Below, one piece after another: positions 39,949 to 53,985 of a stretch of DNA of 64,000 nucleotides. The DNA is taken from positions 14,136,001 to 14,200,000 of the forward strand of contig OZ024750.1 in assembly GCA_964016885.1 (NCBI GenBank), given 5' to 3'. Positions within the stretch are counted from its first letter, which is position 1; the number at the start of each line of letters is the position of its first letter. This DNA comes from Eledone cirrhosa (lineage: Eukaryota). Made by a program: the position numbers and the translations under genes. Under the pieces are notes generated by a model. It saw only the letters and a program-made list of their open reading frames with translations. It was not told where the DNA came from and searched no databases.

Positions 39949-41149
39949 ACCAGAACTAACCCAGTAGTATAGAATACTGGTGGGTTAGTTTGGATCTAGC
40001 TGTCGAAACGGCCGGAGCTCAGCCGTCGGGGGGTCCTAACTCTTCTCCTATTACCCACTCTACTACCCTAAGTATTCCGTACTCTGGTGCGTTCTTACCA
40101 CACTTTCTTTGTTATATATATATATATATACATACAGACACACTCATACATACCTACATACAGACAAACATATACACACGCATATATATATATATATATA
40201 TACATATATACAGGCACATACGTACATACATACATACATACATACATACATACATACATACATACATACATACATGCATGCATGCATGCATGCATGCATG
40301 CATGCATACATAACTTTGATAGGTTTCGGCCAGTTTTGGCCCAGGCCACGTCTGACTTAATAGGACAACCTGCATTTAGGTGACAATGCAATGCCACAAT
40401 GTAACATCAATCCCTCAAAGACACCGGCTCCGAATCTAAATACAACTGAGTAGGCCATCTATGTTTGCAACGGGCATAACACCTACCCAGTCCCTTGAAA
40501 CTGTTGCCCTTGAGAATTGATCGGATTTCCGAGAAAGTTGAAAGTGTTTCTCGAACGTAAATTTAATTATTACCCATTTTCATTAATAATAATTGTTTCT
40601 ACTTTTGGCACAAGGCCAGCAATTACCCACTGCATTACTGGTACTTTATTTTATCGACCCCGTAAGGATGAAAGGCAAAGTCAACCTCGGCGGGATTTGA
40701 ACTCAGATCGTTAAGGGACGTAACTATGCTGGAAAGCATGAAAGCATGGCGTCCTCTACCGAGACTGCCAATCCACCGCCTTCATTAATAATAATGATTT
40801 ATTCTCATGATAAATCCTCTTCATTATACAGATCTCTGTATGTTATTAATAAGTAATACCTTGTTAATCACAATTTATATATAAGCATATAAACACAATT
40901 TATAATTTTTTTAAAAAGTATGAGATAACGAGTATTGCTTAGTTCGAACGGGGTTATTTCCCTTACATTTTCTCTTCGTCTTGTGAGAATCAAAGGGCAA
41001 GTAACAACAAATATAAAATTAAAACGAACGAAAATATTCATTCAATACAAAGTAATGTGTGTCAGACTCCATTGTAGAAGAGCTTCATCCATCTTCCTGT
41101 TGGGAAAGAGAAAATGTTACCCACCAGAAGGAAGCAAGCATGGATGGAG

Positions 41150-41460
41150 GGAAATAAGCAGGAACAAACAGCAAGAGGAACTTATTCGAATAAATTCCTC
41201 AATCATCGTTTTCGCAGTTGCAGAGACCTTATTTAGGTGATACCCCAAACAAGCATCATCGAGATAGCAGACATTTAAATCCAGGTCGGCCCCTATTTTA
41301 TTTACGTTAACGATACCTACAGCAAATAAAGCAAGTCTGAGCGGGTCACCTTGTTGGACTCCTGAAGTAAATATAATAAATTGATCAACAAAGGTGCGGT
41401 AGAAGGATTCCCTATAAATCTGCCAAGCTGTTGGACCCTGACAGAAGAGCTTCATACGCC
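41150..41460 (-). mobile_element. CRE-type reverse transcriptase remnant
   Basis: SGVQQGDPL..LF..LDLNVCYLDDACLG. Confidence 0.7.
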
Positions 41461-43329
41461 ACAAGGAGGGGCTAGGGTTTCTATCTAATAATTAAGTCAA
41501 CCCAATACACTGAGAGCGTTACCGCAGGTGATATAGAGACCAAAGCGCTGGAATAACCAAACACCTTTACAGATATCACCTGATACGTCGATAGAGTTTA
41601 AAGTTTACAGTTAAGAGCTTCAGTTATGTTTTATGGTTACGATTAAATCCCAATTTTATTACTAAGGTTACCGTGAACCTATTTCAACAGTATTGCGTGG
41701 TGTGGGGCATATTTAGGGAAATACAGCAAAACTTCACTCTAATATGAAATGATGCACATTAATGATTTCCAACCTAGGTACAACTTAGAAGAAAAGGTAA
41801 GTCGATTAAATCGACTCCAGTACTTTATTAATACTTTATTTTATCGACCTCAGAATCATGAAAGGCAAAGTTAGCTTCAGTTGGATTCAAACTCAGAACG
41901 TAAAGAGTCGGAAAAATACTTCAAAGCCTTTCTTCTGTCGCTCTACCGACTCTGCCACATCACCACCCTATATATTCCACAATAATAACAAATGCAAAAA
42001 CAATGTGTTTCGTTTAAATAGAGTTTATTTTAAATAAAAACACCAAATGATTGATTTAATACGTTTATTTTAATTATTACACTATACTATATGTAACTAT
42101 AAGGCATTTAAAAATTTTTAAAAATTCATATTTAGCTGATGAAAAAAGGCTTATTTCGATATTTAATAATTTTAGATTTACTTTCAGGGGAAATAATGCT
42201 AGTCTAGTGATTTATAAGAATTATCTTCCTTATACTGTCGAAATTTACTTTGTGTGCATACACTCAAGCACACACGCACATATATAAATATATAATATCC
42301 ATGTAAATCTTGGGTACACATGAGGTGTAGCGGAATAGCAGGCAGACTAACAGGAAAGGAAGACTTTGCATATAATAGATGCTGAGGGAGAATTGATAGT
42401 AACAGTGTCAGTGACATATACCTTCTTCAATCCCAGGTAGGATCCATAGAAGTGGTTGATCACTTCTACTATCTAGGTATGCTAATTAGTAGTGACGGTG
42501 AGTATTCCAGGAACATAGTAGTTAGAATAAGAACAGTTTGAAAAACGTTTCGGGAGATTCTGCCCCGTTTGACTACAAAAGGATCCTCTCTAAATTCGAA
42601 ACTTTGGCTGTATGATGCTAAATACGAAACTCTGACTGTATGAAAGCGGGCGTAAAATGAGGATGATGAGTTGTTTCCTTAAAAAGTGACAAATTTGTAG
42701 TAAGACAGTGGTTATGTTGCCAACAGATGTAGTAAATCGTATGTGACAAGCTGTGTTGTCAAACAGTTGATGTGCAAGAGAAAATGTGTGTCACTAGGGC
42801 TAAACGATAGAGTATTTATAATTGTTTCTACTTTTGGCACAAGGCCAGCAATTATCCCAGTGTATTACTTCTACTTTATTTTATCGACCCCGTAAGGAAG
42901 AAAGGCAAAGTTAACCTCAGACTATGTTGGAAAGCATGTCCGACCCTCTACCGATACTGCCAATTGATTTATAATTGTTTCTACTTTAGGCACAAGGCCA
43001 GCAAAAACTCAGTGCATTACTGGTACTTTATTTTATCGACCCCGTAGGGATGAAAGGCAAAGTTAACCTCGGCGGGATTTGAACTCAGAATGGCAAGGGC
43101 CTAACTCTATGCGTCAAAGCATGGCGTCCGACCCTCTACCGATACTGCCAATCCACCGTTGATTTATAATGACCGCTAATTACTTTACAGAAAACAGATG
43201 GCCTTAGAAAATGTCCTCCTTTCGTAGAATTGGTGTTGTTAGTCCTTCCACAAGGGAAATCTATCTATATAAATCTGCGAGGTCATAAGTTAAGCGTTTG
43301 GTGATCATGATCTTCAAAGAAAGATCATA

Positions 43330-43760
43330 GGAAAATATTTATTTTGTTACAACTCGCCTCCTACTTCTCCAGATGATTTCAGCATCTCAGCAACTATCTC
43401 TTCCTTCTACTCATTCTCCACATTCATCAACCTCTCATAGTAGTATTTCCAGATTTCTTTCGAGCGTCAGTGTAGCTAAATATACCACAGTTATTTCAAA
43501 ACACATATCTCCACTAACATCCTGATTCTCAGTGACACATTGTTTCACAATGATGCTTCTATGTGAACTTGTCTAGCTTATATTTTAGCTACTTGATATT
43601 ACTTATCCACCAGTTTTCCAGGCTTCCATTCGTGTCTCATAACTTTATTGGTTCTATCTGAGTAATTCATACACATACATCATACAATCTGTCCTTTGCT
43701 CATTGCCAACAGAGATAGTAGCTTCCTGAATTTTTTCCACCCTGTTCTTATTTTGGACGT
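43330..43760 (-). pseudogene. Decayed RTE RT fragment
   Basis: Reverse strand reads IRTGWKKFRKLLSLL, matching RVRTGWKKFRELLPLL of the 56-kb RTE. Confidence 0.6.
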
Positions 43761-44687
43761 TTTTTTTGTCATCCAAATAATTAGTAAATAATTTACTTAT
43801 ATTTCTTCCTGCTATTTAGTATAAAATGACTAAACCGAAAACAAAATAGAAACAGGATATATTTTATATAATTGGCCTGGGAAACAAATGGAAATTTGAA
43901 TCTATCATTTGACATCTTATACATATTTTAATATCTTGTTACTTAGACAACGTGGAAAGATTGAAGTGGTGGTGAGGGAACATAGTTGGCCTATTTTCAT
44001 TGGTATCAATTGGCCTTATGTCGCCACTCAGTATGATAGTATGTCAGTTAAGAGGCAGGAAAACAATCGACAATAAACAATGTATGTGGAGTTTAGCCAA
44101 CATATTTGGAAAAACAAAGTGAATTTGTTTTCATACATGTAAAAGATAGAAAATAAAAATGTCTACATTAGGCCAGCATTTTGTGTGGTGGTGGTGAAAT
44201 CGATAATATTGATCTCAGTATTTAACTGGTACTATATTTTATCAACCCTGGAAGGATGAAATGCAAAGTTGAACTCAGAATGTAAAGAGCTGAACATATC
44301 CCTAGAGATAACAAATTCAAGTAGTTGTTACCCACTGAGGTTAGCTTTGCTATTCATCCTTGCAGAGTCGATAAAATAAAGTACCAGTAATGCACTGGCG
44401 TTGATTTAATCAACTTTCCCCTCCCCCAAAATTGTTGGCCTTGTGCCTAAATCAGAAACTATTATTTAATATGAAGGCACATGACTTAGTGATTAGGATG
44501 TTCGGATTAATGATCATAGGATCGGGAGTGCAATTCCAAGCAGTACATTGAGCAAGACACTTTATTTCTCATTGCTCCAGTCCACTCAGCTGGAAAAGAT
44601 GACTTTCAGTCAAACAAGAAATCATTGTGATAGTCATAAACCCAGGTCAATATTGATCAAGCAGACCTATATATATAATCAAAGAGA

Positions 44688-44985
44688 TTAACCATCTCAT
44701 CTGTAACTATATCAGATATAAGTATACTATCTGTAACTATACCAGATGTAACCATACTATCTGTAACTGTACCAGATGTAACCATCTCATCTGTAACTAT
44801 ACCAGATGTAAGTATACCAACTGTAACTATACAAAATGTAACCATACCGTCTGTAAGTATACCAGATGTAACCATACCACTGTAACTGTACCAGCTGTAA
44901 TCATACCATTTTTAACTATACCAGATGTGACCATAACATCTGTATCTATACCATCCTTTTAGGGGACCAGATGTAACCATTCTAT
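44688..44985. repeat. 30-bp minisatellite, about 9 copies
   Basis: Unit ctgtaactataccagatgtaaccatactat. Confidence 0.9.
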
Positions 44986-45477
44986 CCTTTTAAGAGCATC
45001 TAGTACAACATTATTTAATGTGTCCTTTTTTTTCAGATGATGTGAGTGTTATTTGAAGGATATTTGACTGCTATTTCTAGCAGATCGAGTGAATACATAG
45101 AGGCTTCATTGTTAGTTTGTACTCGCAGTTTCAAGAATTTTTGTGAATGACATCATCATAGAAGCTAGAATCATCCTTTAAGCTAATATTTGGCATTTTG
45201 TCAACATATTTATCATTTCTTACAGTCTTTAACGTTGAGATTTTTTGATTTTTCTCTTTGCTAATATTTTCTTTTGCCTTTCAGAGTTACTAATAATTCA
45301 TTGTTACTCCAAATTGTTGCTTCATTTTAAAACTATCATAGTAGTTATTAAGCTATTCAGATTTGTTTATCCATTGAAAGAATATTGTATGAATGTAAAT
45401 TGTTTGTAATATATATCTCCTTCAGTTCTTCCATGTCTCGATTTCTTTAATCATGCTCAACCTTATTATTCCAGTAT

Positions 45478-45772
45478 ATTATTCCAGTACCTTAACTTTG
45501 CTATCACCCACAGTGTAAAGGTGTCTTGATTATTGCAGTACCTTAGCTTTGCTATCACCCACAGTGTAAAGGTGTCTTGCTTATTGCAGTACCTTAGCTT
45601 TGCTATCACCCACAGTGTAAAGGTGTCTTGCTTATTGCAGTACCTTAGCTTTGCTATCACCCACAGTGTAAAGGTGTCTTGCTTATTGCAGTACCTTAGC
45701 TTTGCTATCACCCACAGTGTAAAGTTGTCTTGCTTATTCCAGTACCTTAGCCTTGCTATCACCCACAGTGTG
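45478..45772. repeat. 51-bp tandem repeat, about 6 copies
   Basis: ctatcacccacagtgt recurs every 51 bp. Confidence 0.93.
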
Positions 45773-46867
45773 ACATTATGGGGAGGAAGGATTGGACATA
45801 ATGATTCTATTTCAGTATTTGGGGCTTGACACAGAAAAATATGGGATAGTCATGGCTGTAATACTGTTGTTAATAAATATATTTGACCAAAACAAAAACA
45901 ACTTCTCCTGTTTCTTCTTCTTCTTCTTCTTCTTCTTCTTCTTCTTCTTCTTCTTCTTCTTCTTCTTCTTCTTCTAGGTCAAGGATCAGTCTCTAGGGCC
46001 CTCCGCGAGGAGGTCGACAACTTGGGATCCTGTATGTCCAATAAAGAGACTGATTGATCCCAAAACTCTTCTAACCACTCCCACAAACAATAATATATCT
46101 CTTGCTCTCCCTCTCTCTCTCTTTCTCTCTCTCTCTCTTTCTCTATCTCTCTCTAGCAACGTGGGTGTATCAGATACACAAACCACCCTCCCATTCATGA
46201 ATTCCACTCATTCTTCATATAGCTCAGAGTTCATCAAAACTGCACTCTTCACGTCAGAAAATATTGATGCAACGAATAATAAGCAACTCTACACCATCTA
46301 AAAATACGCCTCACCTGTAGAAAGGCTATGCTGTAACTAAAAACAGCTTTTGCTCAGAAACACACCCTAACAACCTGCAGACAAGTAAAATACCAGAGCA
46401 GAGTGGGGTATGATGACAGGGAGCAGTCCACCCCAAATAACATTTTTATGAGGTGACACTTTTGGGTATGTTGTATATATTTGAGTAGGTGGGGTGCTAT
46501 GATAAGGGTATTGGACTTATGATCATAATGTCAGGGTTTGATTCCTTGACTGGGTTATGTGTTGTTTTCTTCAGAAAAACACTTCATTTCAGATTGTTGC
46601 AGTATACTCAGCTGAAAATGAGTACCAGCAATAGCTGGGGGTTTAACCCTGCAATGGACTGGTGTCCTGTCCAGATGGTGGAGGAGTTTTGTACTCTCAG
46701 TCGCTTAATGCCATGGAAACCAGCCTGATGAGCATCCAGGCTTGAGACAGACTTTAGACTTAGGGTGCTGCGAGGGGGAATGTTTTCTTCTGAGAAACAC
46801 TCGTCCATTTTTTTCAATAGTTGCTGCCCTTCCTCCTCAAATTAACAAAATAGGGTTTGGTTTTTTT

Positions 46868-47158
46868 TTAACCCTCTAGCATTTATATTACTCTATATTT
46901 ACTATTGTATTTTCACGGTAAAGATTAACCTCACATAATTATCTCACATCATATCGAATCTATGAGATTTTAAACCAGCATATCCGGGCCACCTCTTTCT
47001 GTTCAAATCACCTGTAACTGGCCACTCATACTGATGTCAAAATAAATAATATCAAAATTTCATAGATTCGATATGATGTGAAATAAGTATGTGAGGTAAA
47101 GTGTTTATTGTGAAAATACAATAGTAAATATAGAGTAATGTAAATGCTAAAGGGTTAA
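46868..47158. mobile_element. piggyBac-like MITE (TTAA-CCCT..AGGG-TTAA)
   Basis: TIR ccct(t/c)tagcattt / aaatgctaaaggg with TTAA on both sides; family copies at 24047-24190 (truncated), 51452-51840, 52622-52820, 54539-54712, 54711-54880, 56860-57062. Confidence 0.82.
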
Positions 47159-48304
47159 ATCAACATTACATTTCACTTGTGTTGAGACTGGGAAAAGCAA
47201 TAGCATAGGTATCTGCCCCAAGGCTATTATTTACATAAGCCTGTCAAGTAGGAGTCTCATTGCATCCTCGAGAAGAAGCATAGTGGACCAAAAATAAAAT
47301 GATAGAGAGGGGAGGCATAATTTCCACCACTTATAACACTTATCTACCATACAGCTGATAGGATGTTAATTATTTAATTTTCCATCAAAATAATTAGTTA
47401 AGATATGTGAATTAGTACAAAATGTAGGGGGACATTTTTCTGTTTCAAATTTTCCTTAATTCCGTTATCACTTTTGGGAAATTTCTGTTGTCATTTCTAA
47501 TAAATATGGGTGTTTGTTTTTTTTTCACATTTTATTGAATTCTGTGGGTAAATTGCTATAAATTGTACTATAAATATTATTAACACAGGGAAAACAAATT
47601 CCAGCCGACACTGGACATGTGGTTAGAATTTCTCACAAATGAACCGTTGGACAGATATTACAAGCAAAACCAACCGGCAAGAAACCTAAGGGTAGACTCC
47701 AGGCAAGATGGTTGGATATCATCCATGAGCTTGACTGGTCACGCTTGGGGGAATCAGCCAGAACAGTTGGAGACGGTTGCTTCTGACAGGACCTGCTGGG
47801 AGGAGTGTTTGAGGACTCTACCCACACGACCCTCTCAGGAATAAGTGGGCGAATAAGAAGAAGGAGCAGAAGAAGAAAGGAAAACAAAAACGGACTACAG
47901 AAAAGTAGTTTGTAGACCATGTTTGAGACCCTTGCTGTATATGCAATATCAGAAGATTGTCAACTCAAGGTTTGACCCAGGCAGCACTCTAGTTACACTA
48001 CCAACTTTTATTTTACTACTATATGATCTGCTAAGTCAATTAATATTGATTTCTACTTTAGGCATGAGGCCAGCAAGTTTGGTGGGTGGGGAAAGTTGAT
48101 TATATCGATATTTCATATGGGATTGCTACTTTATTTTATCAACCCTGGAAGGATGAAAGTCAAAGTTTACCTCAGCTGGATTTGAACTCAAAACATAGAA
48201 AGTCATATCTAAATACTGCAAAGAATTTTGTCTGACACTCTACCAATTAGGTTAATCCACCTCCTTTGCTAGCCAATAATATTTCAGATAAATCTATAGA
48301 ACAC

Positions 48305-48800
48305 TCCTCCTGATTTCAGTGGGAAATAATTATTTTTTCTTGATTTTTTTCTTTCCATATGCTATCAACTAATCTGACCTCTGAACATGTTGCAAATGAC
48401 TTTCCTCCAGGGTTTTCTTTACCATTTTTTTTCGTGTGTTATCAATGAATCTGACCACTAAACATGCTAACCCTAACCCTAACCCTAACCCTAAACCTAA
48501 CCCTAACCCTTAAACCTAGCCATAACCCTAACCCTAACCCTTAAACCTAGCCTTAACCCTAACCCTAACCCTAAACTTAACCCTAAACCTAAACCTAACC
48601 CTTAAACTTAGCCCTAACCATAACCATAACTTTAACCCTAACCCTAAACCTTTCCACATTTGTTGAAAGGTATGGTTAACTAAAAAACTTATGATATAAC
48701 ACATGAAAAAGAGCCCGCCTTTAAGGCATGTTTAGAAGTCAGATTAGTTGATACCACACAAAAAAAAACAACATTTCCACCTGAAATCGTGATGGGTGGA
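48305..48800. mobile_element. Inverted-repeat element with internal degenerate (CCCTAA)n array (48467-48650)
   Basis: tatcaactaatctgacctctgaacatg / catgtttagaagtcagattagttgata and gatttcag..ggaaat / atttcc..ctgaaatc arms. Confidence 0.65.
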
Positions 48801-48981
48801 TTTTTTTCTGTAATAATACTCTATTTTAAGCTACATTTAAAAGTTATCAGTCGTCACCAAAAACTTATTACCACATAAACGCCTGAGTGATTTTGCTGTT
48901 ATTGTTGTTCATGTGTGGATTGTTAATATTGTATGGGAATATATAGGTATATGGACATCAGAGTGCATATATATATGTAGG

Positions 48982-49388
48982 TGACCTTACCCAACTACAC
49001 CTCTCAAAGTCAATGACACACGACCGTGACTTCTGGCGTCACGCAGTAATACAGGGTACCCGACCTCCCATGGGTACATGCTGAAGCATATAAACAATAT
49101 GCCCCCACTCCCCCCACCGCAAGGTGGTCGTGGAGGTGCCACGGCAAAAAAGCACCCAGCCCACACTGTAAAGTGGACGTGTAGGCGCCACGAAAAAGCA
49201 CCCAGCACTCACTGTAAATGAGGTTGGTGTTAGGAAGGGCATCCAGCTGTAGAAATCAAGCCAGATCAGTTCCTGTATGAGCAAGGCATGGTCAGCCGAC
49301 CAGACACTGCCCACAACAGGACAACCCGTCTAAACCCATGCTAGCGTGGAAGAACGGACGTAAAACGGTGATGATGATGATGATGATG
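48982..49388 (+). mobile_element. Short 3' copy of the same RTE LINE
   Basis: Near-identical reverse complement of 55605-56015; flanked by an imperfect ~30-bp direct repeat ggtatatggac(a/g)tcaga(g/a)tgcatatatatat. Confidence 0.9.
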
Positions 49389-50692
49389 AGGTATATGGAC
49401 GTCAGAATGCATATATATATATATATATATATATACACACTCTGACGTCCATATACCTATATATATCTATATATATAAAACTGTTGTTGTCTGTGTGTGT
49501 GTGTGTCCTCATTTTTGCAAAGTCTATACAAATCCACATTTCTACTCCGATTGACTTCAAACTTGCATTTATATATTCCTTGTGGTCTAAAGATATTAAC
49601 TGCAGCTTTTATTTTTCAATTTTCTGTTGTTAAAGGGGTGTTAGGCGCCGGTGATCCATCTCCATCGCGCTCTTATAATATCTGTCTGTATGCCTGGCTG
49701 TCTGCATTACGACATTCTAACGAACATTGATGACATATTATGTTCGCTATTATCCGTTCATTGCCAGGGAACGTCTTCACGAACCAAAGTATCGTCTTCC
49801 TGTTTTCCTTCAGTTGCAACGTTTTTCAAAATATTTACTTCTGCGTTCACAGATTGATGTTTTTAGTTTCAGAAGATCCCGTCAAGGGTGAAAGCAACGA
49901 TTAATAATAATATAATAATGAAATTATTGTGTACAGTGCTCAGGTGCACTACAACTCATCAAAGGTGCATGTATAGTACATAGAATAATGTACAAATGTC
50001 AGGAAAATAAACAGTGTATGAGTCATGATATAATAACAATAACAATAATGAAATATTGTGTACAGTGCCCAGGTGCACCACAACTCATCAAAAATGTGCA
50101 TGTACAGTACATAGGGCAATGCACAAACATCAGTAAAATGAACAGTGCACGAGTCATGATACACACGTGTGCATGTGTATGGAAGGGGTACATCAGGTGT
50201 AGTTTTGGTGTATTTCGGGAAGCATGATTCTTTGCTTAAACTTTAATCTGTTATTTTAATCTATATATGTATATATATAAAACTGAGGAAGGATGTATGT
50301 GTGTTTGTGTGTGTGTGTGTGAAACCCGAGAAGTACCCAACCGATTTTTTTTCAAACTTTACATGTGTATTACTTATGTTTCAGGTAGTGTTATGCACAT
50401 TAAAAAATTCAACTACAGTTTTAGTCCTGTAGAAGCCATTTCTATATAAAATTTTGTATATACTCTACTAATGTATTGAGTATTTCACTTACTGTGGTTA
50501 CTCCATTGAACCCAGTACTCACATATATATATATATATATATATATCATCATCATCATCATCATCATCATCATCGTTTAACGTCTATCTTCCACGCTAGC
50601 ATGGGTTAGACATAGAGACATATATGTATATATATATCTGTCTTCAAGAGACCACTAGTAAGTGAATTAATTATCTTATGTTGTTTATTACA

Positions 50693-50747
<55 letters not shown>

Positions 50748-52199
50748 GTAAAAGGTAAACAGAAATATGTGTGGGTGTGTGTGTGTGAAAAAAGAGAGAG
50801 AGAAAAAACATGTATATCTATGTATGTCTACCATAAGGAGCTTGAACAGAGCTGAGATATATAAAATGTACACTTTGAACTAATATAACATTTTCATATA
50901 ACAGCATAGATCTGTGTTGTGTTTTGAATCTATAATTTATAAAATAAATTGCAATGAAAAGGTATATACCATGTTTACTATTGGAAAATATCCAGGCCAA
51001 ATTGTACTTAAAAAAACACTGAACTAGTAGTGCATAACATCTTAGAGATTATATTACAAAGCAGATATAATTTCTTCTTTTGCCTCTAGTCTGTCGTGTT
51101 TTCTGTCACGTACTTTGATTCTGTACTATAATAGATACATATTATTTATTTATTTCACCAATTTTAACATCCGTGTAGAGTTAGTAAACCATGACATACT
51201 AGGGGTAGTATCTAACACTTATTACAGTTGAGAAACAAAAAAAAAAGATAAACAAATATAAAAATAAGATCTTTAAAAAGTTTAATAAAATAAAAATCCC
51301 ATGCGTGTTGTAGTGCAGCATTTACGACAATTGTGCAACTGCATGGTAAGTGCTCATTGGTCAAAACTACAACTTATGAATATTAGGGGTTTTTTTCTTA
51401 GAAAATCGGAATTAAAAATGCTTATTTTTTTCTGTATTTAAAATGGTTTCGTTATCCCTTTAGCATTTAAACCGGCCATATCCCGCCAAAATTTTCTCAT
51501 CTCTTTCTGTTCAAACTGGCTGCTCATACTGATGTTATGGTATTGTTCTCAAAATAAATAACATCAAAATCTCATAGATGCAATATTATGTGAGATAAAG
51601 CCTTTACCGCGAAAATATAATATTATATATAGCGTAATGTCGCCTTTACTGCGAAAATATATTATATATAGAGTTACGCCCTTTTACGGTCTGAGTTCAA
51701 ATCCTGCCAAGGTTTACTTTGCCTTTCATCTTTACGGGGTTGATAAAATAAAGTACCAGTAATGCACTGGGATAATTGCTGGCCTTGTGCCAAAAGTAGA
51801 AACAATTATATATAGAGTGATGTAAATGCTAAAGGGTTAACCAAAATACTACTACTACTACTAAATTCATCCACTTTTTGGGGGTGACATGATAAAACCT
51901 TTCCATTTCAGACAATCCAACATTAACTGCATCAGTTCTTCACTGGATAGTTCTGTATTTTCTTCAGTGACTCTCTTTAATGTCTTGTGTAATCCTCACA
52001 TGGCTTGAAGTAAGATTTTTTAAAAGGAAAACAAATTCATTTTGTTAATTTAGGTATACACATAAGATGGTCCGGAGGAAAAGACAGTGTATCTTGCTTT
52101 CGTAGATCTTTTGAGACCAGTGAGCTCAATACAGTCCCTGAATAGTTACTCTTGAATAGGTGCAACAGTAAAAGTATGAAGAAAGAAAGAATTCCGGAA

Positions 52200-52615
52200 G
52201 ACCAACACTCTTGTGGGAAATAACTAAACATAGATTTTAGTGCAAAATGGAAAGAGGATCAATATGAATGATGAGAGGAAGAAAGACAAGTGAGGTGGCA
52301 TAAGACCAAACAGCTTTGATGGAGTAGAGACAATTGCAGTAGAAGTAGAATAGACAGAGAGCAGAAACAGCACATCTGTGGTACACAGATTGGAGTTTGT
52401 TAGCAAGTAGTCTGGCATTCTTATAAGTGGTGTGCTACCAGTTTTTGTAGTAGCACCACCATTTAAGATGTAGGAGCAGTTTACCAGTGTGGCCCTCACC
52501 TGAATTTTGTTAGTCATTATTTCTGACCCCAAAGAGGATAGCCAGCTTTTACTATGTTGAAGGTATGTGTTCAAAGAATAGATCCTCAGTGAGATGGTGA
52601 GGCCTAACATTTTTA
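52200..52615 (-). pseudogene. Old CR1/Jockey-like endonuclease remnant
   Basis: Weak motifs only (..SWLSS..LLTNSNLC..). Confidence 0.3.
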
Positions 52616-53649
52616 ATGACATTAACTCTTTAGCATTTAAACCAGCCATAACTGGCCAGAATTCTCTCACCTCTTTCTGTTCAAACTGGCCGCTCATACT
52701 GACGTTAAGGTATTGTTCTCAAAATAAATAATATCAAAATCTCGTAGATTCGATATTATGTGAAGTAAAGACTTTACCATAAAAATATAATAGTAAATAT
52801 AGAGTAATGTAAAGGGTTAAGGGGCCGAGTTGCATGCTGTTCATGTGTTGTGAAGTACAATATTGTTTTCTTGTTATGTGTAATGATTGTACATCAGAAG
52901 TACTGCTGCACATAGGGATCAAGGAGCACATGACAATGAGAGCCTCTTCTGTCAAAAAAAAAACCAGCCATCTTGACAACTGCCACAACTCAGACATTGA
53001 AGTCACCATAGAGGTGAACAGAAAGGAATGTGAGAAATTTAAGAATTAAAGATACATGAGACAAGAAACAGTTAGTTACAGAAGCAAGCAGTATTGCTAG
53101 GCGAGTCATTTGATAAACATTATCGAACTTCGCTGATGCCACATGCAATAACATTGTTTTCATTATATTTCTCAAAGGCAAAGAACAACTTGTGAGTGCA
53201 GTAGCATAGCTAGAGTGGTGAGTTTCAAAGGTGGCAGTCTATGAAGGGTGACACTTTTATGGAAGTGGCACTTCCGAGTCTGCAGTATAAGCCTGTAAAG
53301 ATTATATTGATATAAAAGTGGTTTTAATCACTGGGCACTAGACACTAATCACAGTTGAAAGAGCTTTTCAATTTCTAGTATCTTAAATTACACCATATGT
53401 ATTTAAGAAGGGGCTTGTAAAAGATGAACTGCTGATGGCATTCCTTTACTGCGAACTTGTTATTGAACTGGTCAGCAGAAAAGGAACTTCCAGTGAAGCA
53501 AGGAACAGGACCCTGGACTTCAGAGATAGATTGCTCTTTCTTATGTTTGAATCCTATAAATAACAGTTCAAAAAATCACAGTTTTTGTTGTTATTTTGCA
53601 TATAATTAAACCAGTTATACCATGTATATATATTTACATGTATATATAT

Positions 53650-53985
53650 GGAGGCACATGGCTTAGTGGTTAGAACATTGGCCTTGCAATCAAAAGGTTG
53701 TGAGTTCAATTCTCAGACCGGGTGATGTGTTGTTTCCTTGAGCAAGACACTTTATTTCACATTGCTCCAGTTTACTCAGCTGTAGAAATGAGATGATAGG
53801 GACTGGGGTCCATATCATTCCACTGCAAAGTGGACGTGTAGGTGCCACGGCAAAAAAGCACCCAGCACTCACTGTAAATGAGGTTGGTGTTAGGAAGGGC
53901 ATCCAGCTGTAGAAATCAAGCCAGAATCAGTTCCCGTCCCACCCTTGCAAGCAGGGAAAAGTGGACGTAAAATGATGATGATGGT
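53650..53985 (+). mobile_element. Second tRNA-derived SINE family with RTE-derived 3' tail; copy at 55165-55465
   Basis: A/B boxes, central ccttgagcaagacactttatttcac..gctccag, tail gttggtgttaggaagggcatccagctgtagaaa..gacgtaaaat(gat)n shared with the RTE; related heads at 24760-24920(-), 26335-26450, 44474-44600. Confidence 0.87.

Noticed and set aside
45478-45772. CRISPR-like array (also 44688-44985 and 57950-58290)
   Set aside because: Contiguous tandem units without unique spacers, no cas genes, eukaryotic context
46315-46375. Minus-strand exon-like segment (ctgcag|..|gtgagg)
   Set aside because: Stops in all three frames; cannot be tied to any gene
49455-49620. Helitron-like 5' end (also about 50260-50400)
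   Set aside because: No 3' hairpin/CTRR terminus could be identified
53650-53725. tRNA genes
   Set aside because: A/B boxes are SINE heads joined to core and tail domains, with no complete cloverleaf
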